Below are positions 10,907 through 20,337 of a DNA stretch of 64,000 nt, one piece after another (the stretch's first letter is position 1; each line of letters opens with the position of its first letter). The stretch comes from an uncultured virus (IMG/VR IMGVR_UViG_2675903516_000002) (taxonomy: Duplodnaviria > Heunggongvirae > Uroviricota > Caudoviricetes): the IMG/VR virus record IMGVR_UViG_2675903516_000002; one strand, given 5' to 3'. The notes beneath the pieces are model-generated. The model saw only the letters and a program-made list of their open reading frames with translations. It was not told where the DNA came from and made no database searches. A program made the translations under genes and the position numbers.

Positions 10907-11588
10907 TCTTCGCTAGCCTCGCCTTTTCTTGAGCAATTAAACGTTCCTGGAGGCGATCATCAGCATCCATGATTTCATCGTATTCTTCGCGGGTGAATCC
11001 TTTATCTTCTGGGTACTTAGCTTTGAGCAGCAACTGAAACTCGGTCATCGTTAACTGCTCGGCTTCAGCGCGGGACATGTTGAAATGAATTCTGGCTGAG
11101 TTGATATAATCCATTGCATTAAATTCGTTGCTGTAATCGTTGTTACCTTCATTCTTTTGTAGCTTTCTTATTTTGGCTTTGCCGATCACACCATGTTCAA
11201 TTAATTCTCTCGCAATGGTAATCACTGTTTCTTTTGAAACTTTGCCAGGCCGGTAAACAATACAATTTCGCCACCCTTTAAACTCGCCTATAAGCGCCGA
11301 TGCCGACTTATCACAACAAGCCTCGATAACTCTTATGGCCGCAGCCAACATATGCTCTGAGCATTTTTTGATTGCATTATTGGGCATTAATGATGCTGGC
11401 AGATTAGCGTTTATTGCAGGTGTTAATACCTGACTTAATTCAGAGCCACCCAGCAGCGCGTATATTTCGACTATCTCGGCCGCCGCCCCTATTTTTGTCA
11501 TATTCCTTAGTGATGGACGAAAGAAATAATCTTGCTGTTGCTCCGTGTCAGACAGGAGCATTTCGCCAATATCAAGCATCGGTGTCAT
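10899..11588 (-). CDS. Tail assembly chaperone
   Basis: Directly upstream of tape measure; EAEQLTMTEFQLLLKAKYP motif. Confidence 0.75.
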   Translation of the reverse strand: MTPMLDIGEMLLSDTEQQQDYFFRPSLRNMTKIGAAAEIVEIYALLGGSELSQVLTPAINANLPASLMPNNAIKKCSEHMLAAAIRVIEACCDKSASALIGEFKGWRNCIVYRPGKVSKETVITIARELIEHGVIGKAKIRKLQKNEGNNDYSNEFNAMDYINSARIHFNMSRAEAEQLTMTEFQLLLKAKYPEDKGFTREEYDEIMDADDRLQERLIAQEKARLAKNV

Positions 11589-11663
11589 GGGGTGTCCTGA
11601 AATTTAGGTAATAAAGAAACCCACAGTTAAGTGGGTTGGGTTTTGGTCGTAGGACTTAACTAA

Positions 11664-11741
11664 TTAAGCAACTTCAGCGCCGTGGATCAGGTGGCGCAGA
11701 GCTTCTACCACGTTAGCGTTGTAGCGGAACGCCTCAACTTG
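11664..11741 (-). pseudogene. 3' remnant of a phage antirepressor-like gene
   Basis: Translates QVEAFRYNANVVEALRHLIHGAEVA*, recalled as an antirepressor C-terminus; no 5' part present. Confidence 0.5.
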
Positions 11742-12003
11742 CCCTGTCAGCTGGATCCAAGAGGCGACAATAACTATCCAATTCACCGGTGTAATACCGA
11801 CGCCGAAGGAGGTATTTCGTAATTCGTCAGGTGATTTTTATCGCTGCTCTTGTGAATTGATCGATGATAATGGGAAAAGTTATACAACAAGTAATTATGG
11901 TTTTTGTAAGTTGCACTCACCACATAAAGAATTTAAGCGATTCACTGGTTAGGTAGAAAGAAAAATCCAATACGGATTCAACACAATAATAAGGGAAAAG
12001 AAT

Positions 12004-12189
12004 ATGGGCGAGTAGAACAAATCACTGTTTATAGTCATATGGATAATTACGTTCTTCCCATGCTACAGGATGGCAAGAAAAACTGGGTTTGGGTGGCCTA
12101 TGGCTATCTTGTTGTCCATTCCCGTTATCCACTACATAACACTATACTTCTTCGCTTTCAGAAAGTGGCCGACTTTGCCTAACGCATAA
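12004..12189 (+). pseudogene. Small two-TM membrane protein with in-frame TAG at codon 4
   Basis: MGE*NKSLFIVIWIITFFPCYRMARKTGFGWPMAILLSIPVIHYITLYFFAFRKWPTLPNA*; purine-rich RBS upstream. Confidence 0.6.
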
Positions 12190-12210
12190 CAGAAAGCCAG
12201 CCTGAGTGGG

Positions 12211-12444
12211 CTAATCAGTCTTTGTAGTTCTTTTCTTATAGACGCTTCTTATTATTCCTAACGCTGTAAATACAACCCCAAGAAAGATTAAGAGAGCACC
12301 ATAACGAATGTGATTTTCCCTTGCGGCTATCAGAAAAATGTTATCTACGCACTGCTGATCAATCAGTACGCAAGTGGACATGTTATACGCTATTATTGAC
12401 CATACAACCCCTGCAATCAATGCACCCAAACCCCAAGTCGTCAT
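12211..12444 (-). CDS. Small two-TM membrane protein (moron)
   Basis: MTTWGLGALIAGVVWSIIAY...YGALLIFLGVVFTALGII. Confidence 0.7.
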   Translation of the reverse strand: MTTWGLGALIAGVVWSIIAYNMSTCVLIDQQCVDNIFLIAARENHIRYGALLIFLGVVFTALGIIRSVYKKRTTKTD

Positions 12445-12509
12445 ATCCCATCCTTTTATGGTCTTTCGACATTTTAAATAAGCAAAAACCCGCCGGAGCG
12501 GGCTTGAAG

Positions 12510-12860
12510 TCAACTACCGTTGCGTTTTTTCGCAATATATTCCCCAATATTATTGGTTAGACTTTCACGAACTTTGACAATGGCTTGATCTCTTATGGTC
12601 GTTATAGCTTGCTTTTGATTATCGTCTAATTCTTCCCACTGAGATGCATCAGGGCCAATAGAATCATGATATTTATTCAATTCATCATCACAATGCCGAA
12701 ACGCCTTTGAGGAAATATCTGCGGTAGGGGCTGATGTGCCGGCTTGCGTATCTGCATAACTGAAAATGCATTTGCTCAAGCTTTCAGCTGTTTTTTCTAA
12801 ATCACTCGCATTCGCCCCAAAACAAACTAAAAACACTAAACTAATTATTCTTAAGTTCAT
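12510..12860 (-). CDS. Secreted helical protein (moron)
   Basis: Signal peptide MNLRIISLVFLVCFGANA; paired Cys; downstream hairpin. Confidence 0.7.
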   Translation of the reverse strand: MNLRIISLVFLVCFGANASDLEKTAESLSKCIFSYADTQAGTSAPTADISSKAFRHCDDELNKYHDSIGPDASQWEELDDNQKQAITTIRDQAIVKVRESLTNNIGEYIAKKRNGS

Positions 12861-12924
12861 ATGCGCATCCAATCGACAAAACCGCCAAAATCCTACCACG
12901 ACATTTTCTATAGCTACAATTGCT

Positions 12925-13155
12925 ATATAACAGAGAAAGGAATCGATTTCCTTCTAGATGATGGCGGGCTGAGTGCGATATTGAACGTTCAAACAGACTT
13001 ACTCAAGACAGACACGACTTCGCAAAAGCGCTAAATCAAAAACCTATATTCGAAAAGCTCAAGCAAGAACTCACTGACGCCCCATTTGATTTAGTTAAAG
13101 ACATTAGTAAAACGTGGCTAACCAAGCAAATAAAAGACAGGCTTGGCTTGATAGA
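12925..13155 (+). pseudogene. Fused remnants of two cargo genes
   Basis: ITEKGIDFLLDDGGLSAILNVQT, then in another frame RLTQDRHDFAKALNQKPIFEKLK (DUF2513-like C-terminus); no start. Confidence 0.45.
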
Positions 13156-13207
13156 TTCAGATATAGCTGAAGCTAGAACACAAAGACTCGCACTCGACGG
13201 GTTGTTT

Positions 13208-13759
13208 AGCGCACGGACGCGTTAGAAAGCAAAGCCCATTTCGGGTTTTGCTTGTGTAGGTACTATTATTTACTCTTCAAGATACCTACCACTTATCTCA
13301 TCCAATGCACAGGAAAGCATCTTAACTGCCCTGCATTGCCTGTCTTTCCCGGCACTTCTGTTGAATGGCGACTTACAAAACTGACTCATTTTCCCAGCCC
13401 AGTAAGCTTTAACTATTGAGGAGTCCACCAGCTTTATACATGCAGTATGTTCTTTCACGGAATAACTACGAATACATGCTGCTTCTGATACCAGAGCTAT
13501 CGCAGGTACTGGCATATTTTCATTTATCGGAGAGGAAACAGAAAACGCCGGACTTGATATAAGTAAGATGCTTAGAAGTAATTTCATGTTAATTCCTTGT
13601 GTAAAACATGTGAAATATAAAACTACCTCCTAATTAACTAAACTTCATATTAAGAATATTCCGTGCAAATATTACGATGTAAAAAAAAGTGTACGGTGAA
13701 GGAAACAAAAACCAACTGAGCGGTTGGTTTTTCAGTGTACGGACGCGCCAGAAAGCAAA
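13208..13759 (+). repeat. 26-bp direct repeats (13208-13233, 13734-13759) flanking a moron
   Basis: agcgcacggacgcgttagaaagcaaa vs agtgtacggacgcgccagaaagcaaa, 22/26 identical. Confidence 0.8.
13270..13587 (-). CDS. Secreted Cys-rich protein (moron)
   Basis: Signal peptide MKLLLSILLISSPAFS; five Cys; AAGGA RBS. Confidence 0.75.
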   Translation of the reverse strand: MKLLLSILLISSPAFSVSSPINENMPVPAIALVSEAACIRSYSVKEHTACIKLVDSSIVKAYWAGKMSQFCKSPFNRSAGKDRQCRAVKMLSCALDEISGRYLEE

Positions 13760-13798
13760 AGACCCGCATTCAACGGGTCTAATTTTGCATCTGCTGCC

Positions 13799-14146
13799 TT
13801 ACTTCGGCTTCTTGTAGTTTATGGTGACTTCCATTCCACTGGTTGGCTTATTGGGTTCATACTTCCATTTGTAGATAGAATCTAAGGCTGATTTCTCAAA
13901 GAGATTTCTCGGCTCAGCTTCAACCACCTTTGCATTCTCAACTTTTCCGGCAGCGTTAATATCATAAGCAATCTTCACATACCCTTCTTTATCGTGCACC
14001 CAGGCGCGGGAAGGATATATTTCAATATTTCGCTCAATTAACTGCGGGGCATTGTTATTTGAAACTAAATCATTCGCATTTGCTGTAATTTGAAAAAGAG
14101 ACGAAAAGCACAATGCCAGAAGCCCAATCTTCATTTTATTTTTCAT
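13799..14146 (-). CDS. Secreted stand-alone TonB C-terminal domain protein
   Basis: Signal peptide ending ANA, then YPSRA...EGYVKIAYDINAAGKVENAKVVEAEPRNLFEKSALDSIYKWKYEP. Confidence 0.88.
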   Translation of the reverse strand: MKNKMKIGLLALCFSSLFQITANANDLVSNNNAPQLIERNIEIYPSRAWVHDKEGYVKIAYDINAAGKVENAKVVEAEPRNLFEKSALDSIYKWKYEPNKPTSGMEVTINYKKPK

Positions 14147-14305
14147 GAATTTATCGCCTTTCTTATTTGTATAATTAACGATAGCAGTAATAAAGATAAG
14201 GGTATAATTGGTAATGCAGATCAATATCGCAATATTGATCGCTTAAAACGATCAACTTTTAAATAATCATCATCAAGAGCACCAATAAGATGCTCTTTGT
14301 GAGAA

Positions 14306-15055
14306 TTATGCGGTGATAGTAATATTACTCGTTCCGGTTTTAGCGCCATCATTCGTTGTGAATGTGATAGTCGCTGTACCGACTGCAACGCGGGTGACTA
14401 AACCCGTTGAGCTAACCGTTGCTTTGGTTGCGTCAGAGGTTGTCCATACACCAGTTTTATCAGTAGCGTCCGCAGGTAGAACGGTCGCGGTAAGCTGAAC
14501 TGTTGCAGCGACCGCGCCAATACTGGTTGCCGGAGCCACAGTTACGCCGGCAACTGGAATCGCCGAGCCATCAACGAAAGTGACAGAATCTGCATCAGCA
14601 ACTTTCCACTCACCGGAGTAAGTAGCGAAGTCAGAAGAACCGAAATCTGAACTCCATGAAGTGGTATTGAAGTAACCCTGAATATAGGTGCCATCATCCA
14701 CGCCGAGGAAATCAAAGCGAACCCATAGACCCGGCTGGCGGCCTGCCTGAACTTCATCGAAAATGTATTTCGACATTTTTACCGGGCCGACTTCCGTAGA
14801 CTTGGCTCGCTTCCGCCACTCGCCCTCACCTGAAATGGTCAAGTCCATGTTAGTGACCAGGTTCTCTACCAGCCCTTTTGCGTCATCCGCATCGGAAGAA
14901 ATGGTATTCATCGAGTAGTCGAGACCCTTGGTAGTCAGCGCACCCATGCGCTGCCAATCTGCCACTTCTGGTACTGTTTCAGGACAGCCAAACGCCATCC
15001 GTAAAACGGCGACGCGACCAACCAGCTTGCCGTAATCATTTTGGCAACCTTGCAT
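14306..15055 (-). CDS. Major tail tube protein with C-terminal Ig-like domain
   Basis: C-terminal TVQLTATVLPADATDKTGVWTTSD...GTATITFTT Ig-like motif; synteny. Confidence 0.9.
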   Translation of the reverse strand: MQGCQNDYGKLVGRVAVLRMAFGCPETVPEVADWQRMGALTTKGLDYSMNTISSDADDAKGLVENLVTNMDLTISGEGEWRKRAKSTEVGPVKMSKYIFDEVQAGRQPGLWVRFDFLGVDDGTYIQGYFNTTSWSSDFGSSDFATYSGEWKVADADSVTFVDGSAIPVAGVTVAPATSIGAVAATVQLTATVLPADATDKTGVWTTSDATKATVSSTGLVTRVAVGTATITFTTNDGAKTGTSNITITA

Positions 15056-15079
15056 ATTTTTTACCTCTGTTAGTTCGGC

Positions 15080-15463
15080 TTAGTCGCCGTATTTAATTGC
15101 GAATTGAAGTCTGTAGACCAAGCGGCCTTCAGTGGTTGTTACGGGGGATGGGATACTGCCGAGGTTTTCAATATAGCCAATGCAGTCATTCGGATTTGGA
15201 TTGGCCTGAACGTGCGCGATTATTGCCTGTGCTGCATTATCCGCCGCTTCATCCTCGTTAACCGCGCCAATCACATCAACCAGGACGTAATACTCACTGC
15301 CAAGGTCGTTGCGAATTGAACTGCCGCCGTTGGGCCGAAAAACAATAAACTGCTCTGTCAGCTTGCCGGTATCACGCCATTTGAGCATTTGAGTAGCGAA
15401 AGCAGTAGTTAACCCAGACTCGACAAAGTAATCGCGAACACGCCGGTGCATTGATGGAGTCAT
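15080..15463 (-). CDS. Tail terminator/completion protein
   Basis: Position before tail tube gene. Confidence 0.7.
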   Translation of the reverse strand: MTPSMHRRVRDYFVESGLTTAFATQMLKWRDTGKLTEQFIVFRPNGGSSIRNDLGSEYYVLVDVIGAVNEDEAADNAAQAIIAHVQANPNPNDCIGYIENLGSIPSPVTTTEGRLVYRLQFAIKYGD

Positions 15464-15828
15464 AGCTTCATTTCCTCCATAATTGCCTTTTCAATGGCTT
15501 GTTTACTATCCGCGAAACCTTTCGTAAGAAACTCTTTCTCAGCCATTGGCCTACGGAATACCTGCTTAACATTCGGATCGTGGACATATATCGCGTAATT
15601 AGCCGAATAGCCCACGCGCCCAGTCAGCCTGGTGCCATTCGCGCTGATATCACGAAACTGAGAATTGATAAGGGTTGATGTATCGATGGGGGTATAGAGT
15701 GCAGCCTGTGACGCTCCGATAATTAACGCCTTAGTCATCGCCCTGACAGCTTTCCGGCCTTGAATATCATTAATCAGCCTATTCAGATTAGCTTTAGCCT
15801 CTCTGATGCCTTTAACCTTCGCGCCCAT
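15460..15828 (-). CDS. HK97 gp10-like neck protein
   Basis: TPIDTSTLINS...VGYSANYAIYVH...FL motif. Confidence 0.8.
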   Translation of the reverse strand: MGAKVKGIREAKANLNRLINDIQGRKAVRAMTKALIIGASQAALYTPIDTSTLINSQFRDISANGTRLTGRVGYSANYAIYVHDPNVKQVFRRPMAEKEFLTKGFADSKQAIEKAIMEEMKL

Positions 15829-15829
15829 G

Positions 15830-16180
15830 TCAGACTCCCGTGATAATTGCGAAGTCGTCCGCAATGCGCTCGAATGTGTCAGCGTAACGAATGATATGCC
15901 TTACTTCGTCCGCGCCATCCACCTTGGTCGGGTCAGTCGCTACCGAATCGCCAATCAGGATATAGTCGCCCCGCTCAGCTTCGGCATACTCAGTCCAGTG
16001 CGTGTTTTTGATAACGAACTCTAAACCGAGTCCACCCAACTTCGCCGTAGCATCACCGCCGTAATCACACATGAGCTGAATAGGAGGTAGCCAAGCCTGC
16101 TTACCATAATCATCTGGCTTCCCGTTCTTCTTCCATAAAGTAGCGGTTGCCGTATAACTCCAGCTTGCGGCGCTGCTCAT
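15830..16180 (-). CDS. Head-tail adaptor/closure protein
   Basis: Synteny in neck module. Confidence 0.65.
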   Translation of the reverse strand: MSSAASWSYTATATLWKKNGKPDDYGKQAWLPPIQLMCDYGGDATAKLGGLGLEFVIKNTHWTEYAEAERGDYILIGDSVATDPTKVDGADEVRHIIRYADTFERIADDFAIITGV

Positions 16181-16491
16181 AAGTGGTACCGCTCATACTG
16201 GTATGGTTCGCATTCTTTACAGCCAACGACTGTGAATCCTGACAGCTGTTTGTCATCACCATAAATTGCAGCAAGATATCCAGTGCCAGGCGCTGCCAAT
16301 CCATTAAGTATCCCGACTGTGCCCACTGTTAAAACTCCTTGAGAGCCCCGACCTAACATAATCGGACAGTCTGATGATGCCATGACTTCATTAACAATGA
16401 CTCGGCTGGAAATAATGGACTCAACAGCTACTGGGTCAGACTTGAACATCATATTCATCAAGTCAGCGAGTTTTTTTGCTTCAATCATCAT
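16177..16491 (-). CDS. Hypothetical protein, homolog of 52472-52861
   Basis: Coupled ORF inside neck module; by-eye alignment to the P2-like gene. Confidence 0.75.
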   Translation of the reverse strand: MMIEAKKLADLMNMMFKSDPVAVESIISSRVIVNEVMASSDCPIMLGRGSQGVLTVGTVGILNGLAAPGTGYLAAIYGDDKQLSGFTVVGCKECEPYQYERYHL

Positions 16492-16862
16492 CAGCCTCCC
16501 ACCACATCAAAAAAACCAACCGATACGCCCACATCAATCGGTAGCGAACCTGTGCAACCAGCCGTATCTAGCGCCACCAAGCTATTTCGCATTGTCTTGA
16601 TATCACCACCATAATCGAATGACCGCCCCGCCCCTGAAGGCGCTGACTGAGACTTAATGCGCTGATTGAAAGCAGTAACCGCCATGAGGGTGACGGCATA
16701 CATCTGAATCAGCATCAAATCACATTCGTCGTAGCCAGCCGCCTCCAGGCACTGACTTATGCTTTCCAGTTTGCAAAGGTAGGCATCAATCATGAAATCA
16801 GGAATGGTGTAACCAAGCGCAGACAACTGCTGTTTAACCTGCGCGGCTGTTATCTGCGCCAT
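16491..16862 (-). CDS. Head-tail connector protein
   Basis: IKSQSAPSGAGRSFDY motif; synteny. Confidence 0.7.
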   Translation of the reverse strand: MAQITAAQVKQQLSALGYTIPDFMIDAYLCKLESISQCLEAAGYDECDLMLIQMYAVTLMAVTAFNQRIKSQSAPSGAGRSFDYGGDIKTMRNSLVALDTAGCTGSLPIDVGVSVGFFDVVGG

Positions 16863-16864
16863 AC

Positions 16865-17230
16865 TTACTTATCCTTTTTCGTTGCCGCAGCTAAAGCTGC
16901 TTCTGCGTCTTCTGCTCGCTTGGTTACCTGAGCGATAGCCTCAGCGTGTGCTGCTTCTGCGTCTTCGGATGCCGTGGTGAGTTCATCGATTCGGCCCAAT
17001 GCCTCATCAAGCTGGACTTGCAGCACGCTTCCATTGCTAACTGACACGGACGGCGTAGCCACTTCAAATACCAGCTTCTCGCCTTTCTTCTCTGTAGACT
17101 TCTCAGCCTTGCCACTTTCAATCCACTTCCCGGCAATCGCATCATCAACTTCGTAAGACTGGCCAACCTCCAATTTCTGGAAGCTGGCACCGGCGAAAAG
17201 GTTTGCTACTAAAACTTTTACAAGTGCCAT
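16865..17230 (-). CDS. Head accessory/hypothetical protein with coiled coil
   Basis: ORF directly after capsid gene. Confidence 0.6.
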   Translation of the reverse strand: MALVKVLVANLFAGASFQKLEVGQSYEVDDAIAGKWIESGKAEKSTEKKGEKLVFEVATPSVSVSNGSVLQVQLDEALGRIDELTTASEDAEAAHAEAIAQVTKRAEDAEAALAAATKKDK

Positions 17231-17239
17231 GATTTTTCC

Positions 17240-18316
17240 TTAGCTGGATGCGTGGATGACAGAGAAGTGACCGTTAATGTCCTGCTTAACCATCAGGCCA
17301 GCAGCACCCCATGAGCGCCACACGTAGTCCGAGTTGTAGAACTGGCGAGGATCGGCAACTGTACCGAATGCCTGCCCAACGATGGGAGCGATGACACCGG
17401 CTTGCAGAGGAACAATCACGATTTCGTTGCCAGTCAGTTCAACATCTTCTTTGATGGCTGAGATACCAGATAACTTCATGATTTCTTCCAGCACTGTACG
17501 GGTCGAATTCACATCAAAATACTGTTCCCAGTTAGAGATGATTTCGCTCGATACATACCAGGTCTGTTGTCCGTACTGGAAGTTTTGCAGCTTCAGTACA
17601 TCACGCAAGGCAATTGCACCGCCCCGCATGGCTTTAACATCCGTGCTGGTCGCAAAGTTAACAGTCAGCGTAACTTGGGCGACACGTTCGTCGTGGCGTA
17701 AACCTTTCCAAGTCTTACCATCGAAATTGATGTAGTTGCCTGCCGCGTCGCGGAAGCCTTCCCAGATGTAATCCACATACTGGCGACGAACGTCTTTGAT
17801 AGAGCCAGCCTGAGCATCAGACAAAGAAGCCAGGGCCGAGCCTTTGTTGAATACCGGATCACGCCAATTGAACTTAAAACCGCTGTCATGGATAGGAACC
17901 ATCGTGCCATCGAAGGTGTAGGACTTCGCATCTAGCGCCGCACCAATCTGTCCAGACATCGACGTGTGTGCCCAACCACGCCCGCCAGTACGAGCATACT
18001 CATACACTGATTCCTCCAGACGAACTGAGCGAGACAGCGGCATCAGGTCATTCAACAAAGTGAATTCCGTGTTTGGCTCAAACTCAGACAAAACAGTCTG
18101 ATCGTATGCTTTGTAAAGTCGGCGAATATCATCAACGGCATTCACTGCTGTCAGCTCAGGAGCATCTTCGGCATCGCCACGCCATTTTGTGCGGGCAATA
18201 AAGTCAGCTGCGGCCTGGGCACTGGCATTACGTGCTGAAGTCAACTTCCTGAACTGAGACGAGTTAACTTCAAGATTGCCAGTCTCAGTGGCTTTCTTCG
18301 TGGAAAATACAAACAT
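17240..18316 (-). CDS. Major capsid protein
   Basis: Start MFVFS after AAGGAG RBS; size and position after decoration gene. Confidence 0.85.
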   Translation of the reverse strand: MFVFSTKKATETGNLEVNSSQFRKLTSARNASAQAAADFIARTKWRGDAEDAPELTAVNAVDDIRRLYKAYDQTVLSEFEPNTEFTLLNDLMPLSRSVRLEESVYEYARTGGRGWAHTSMSGQIGAALDAKSYTFDGTMVPIHDSGFKFNWRDPVFNKGSALASLSDAQAGSIKDVRRQYVDYIWEGFRDAAGNYINFDGKTWKGLRHDERVAQVTLTVNFATSTDVKAMRGGAIALRDVLKLQNFQYGQQTWYVSSEIISNWEQYFDVNSTRTVLEEIMKLSGISAIKEDVELTGNEIVIVPLQAGVIAPIVGQAFGTVADPRQFYNSDYVWRSWGAAGLMVKQDINGHFSVIHASS

Positions 18317-18326
18317 TCGCGGCTCC

Positions 18327-18767
18327 TTACTTAATGACAACGCGCAGGAGCTGGCCTGCTGTCGCAATGGTGTATGAACGGTCTTCTTCTACATAAGCAC
18401 GAGTAGATTCGCCGGTTGCTTTCGCCTTAACTCGTCCATTGACGATAGAGAGAGGCTGGCCTTTGGTGTATGTGCCGGGTGCTGCCGGAACGTTGAAGAA
18501 AACGCCAGGGGTTGGATGCATCGCTACTACCCAATCACCCGCCGCAATGGTGTCATCCACCGTTTTGCAGCGCAGGTAGTCGTAGTTTGCGACATAAAGA
18601 ATTGCGTCTTCGTTGCCATCAACTGAGGCGGTGAATTTCTTCGTAGTGTTATCGAAAAAACCAACTGTTCCCGGTTGGGTTGCCGCTGCTGCCGCACCTT
18701 CACGATGCAACTGCGGATTTGCGAAGATGCCACCCGCGTGGATTACGTGCTTTCCATCTTTAGCCAT
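18327..18767 (-). CDS. Head decoration protein
   Basis: 146 aa between protease/scaffold and capsid genes. Confidence 0.7.
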   Translation of the reverse strand: MAKDGKHVIHAGGIFANPQLHREGAAAAATQPGTVGFFDNTTKKFTASVDGNEDAILYVANYDYLRCKTVDDTIAAGDWVVAMHPTPGVFFNVPAAPGTYTKGQPLSIVNGRVKAKATGESTRAYVEEDRSYTIATAGQLLRVVIK

Positions 18768-18770
18768 TGT

Positions 18771-20168
18771 TTACTCCGGCATTTCGCTAACTGATTGAGA
18801 GGAATTGGCCTGGCGGAAAGAGCCATTCAGACCGGTTGAGGTTGCGCATTGGGCGAATAGCCCATCGAGAGCAGCGCCGTCTAAAGCGTTTACTGCGATA
18901 TCTTCAAGGCCAAACTTAGCTTTAACTGCTGATCGCTTTTCAGTCTTCTCCTTGTCGGAGTTAACGCTCAAGCTATTCACCACTGAATCAACACGATCGG
19001 CGAGTGCTTTAGCCCATAACGGTATCTCTTCACTGTTGGTGGCTTTATCTTTGGTGGTCTTATCATCAGCCTCTTTCTTTTCGCGAACAGCCTTCTCTTC
19101 CGGCGTTTCAGTTTTGATCTTTGCTTCTTCTGCATTCATTTGGTTGTATGCATCAAGCAATTCAGCTTCGGTCTTGCCTTCGGTCGGCTTACCTTTTGCT
19201 TTCAGTGCGTTAACAATCATGTCTTTCATCGGGTTTTCAGCTCCGTTGGTTTTAATTTCGTACTCAGTGGGTTTGCGCACGACTTCTACAGGTTCGCCGA
19301 CGAATTCAGCTGTGCCGTCATCGTCGATGAGGTACTTCTGTTGATATGTTTTGCCTTTATCGTTGTAGATGAACTTGTCCGGCCATACGGAATCAGGCCA
19401 TGAGTAAAAGTCATCAGGCTTACCCTCACGCAGCTTTTGGCTGAGTGCTCGCTGGATGTCATCAAAGGAGTAATTAGAAGCATTAGTGAAGAAGAACTTG
19501 GCTTTATTCAGCAACCCCTCTTCTGTGCAATTGGACGCATCTGCGAGGTTCACGGTTTCTATTTGAAGCTGGTCACCCTGGGCATTAACAAAGATCCCTA
19601 CACCTTCTTGCGTCGTTCCGGCTGGCGTCTCGTGCAACAGGATGGCGCAGTGGTCGTAATCTTGGTTGCGGGCAACCCAGTTATATTTTTTACCCTTGGA
19701 AACTCCTTTCCCTTCCGCTCGATTTAGCCCGAGGCCAGTTGAAACGCCGATCGGCTCAACCTCTTTCCCCCCCTTCATATCATCCAGTCTATTAACGACC
19801 TCTTTGCCCTTATCCGTCGCTTCGGCATAACGGCGGTTAACACACATATCCATCAGTACACGATCGCCGTCTTTACGAACGTTACGGGCGAATGCCCCAA
19901 TGTGATATTCGTTCACGGCCCGCACATTACTTGCGCTGACGTACTGGCCTTCAATCTTCGGATGCCCATACGGCATGGGCTTACCTTCAAGGCTTTTGAA
20001 GCCTTTGGAAATCTCGTCTGCCGGGTACAGTCCGCCATTGAGCACGATATCGTCGATGACAGGACAGACGTCCTTCACAACGATGTGCTCAACGCCATCA
20101 ATGGTTTCAGAAGTGATGTTTGAAGCGGAGTTGATGACCGACAGCACGTTTACGCAGATGCGTGACAT
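18771..20168 (-). CDS. Prohead protease/scaffold (DUF2213-like)
   Basis: DDIVLNGGLYPADEI, GHP, VSTGL, DHCAILL motifs; charged C-terminal part. Confidence 0.8.
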   Translation of the reverse strand: MSRICVNVLSVINSASNITSETIDGVEHIVVKDVCPVIDDIVLNGGLYPADEISKGFKSLEGKPMPYGHPKIEGQYVSASNVRAVNEYHIGAFARNVRKDGDRVLMDMCVNRRYAEATDKGKEVVNRLDDMKGGKEVEPIGVSTGLGLNRAEGKGVSKGKKYNWVARNQDYDHCAILLHETPAGTTQEGVGIFVNAQGDQLQIETVNLADASNCTEEGLLNKAKFFFTNASNYSFDDIQRALSQKLREGKPDDFYSWPDSVWPDKFIYNDKGKTYQQKYLIDDDGTAEFVGEPVEVVRKPTEYEIKTNGAENPMKDMIVNALKAKGKPTEGKTEAELLDAYNQMNAEEAKIKTETPEEKAVREKKEADDKTTKDKATNSEEIPLWAKALADRVDSVVNSLSVNSDKEKTEKRSAVKAKFGLEDIAVNALDGAALDGLFAQCATSTGLNGSFRQANSSQSVSEMPE

Positions 20169-20337
20169 GCTGTGTCCTCTTTGGTGGATTTCAGGCAATA
20201 AAAAAGGCCGCCTTAGCGACCTCGGGTTCATTATTTTCTCAGGATCAACAGGTACATCCAAATAAGGCAAAATAGTTGCCCCAAGGAAAAACCAACTGCG
20301 AAAACAGGTAGAAAATCAAATTGCATTGGGCTACCTC

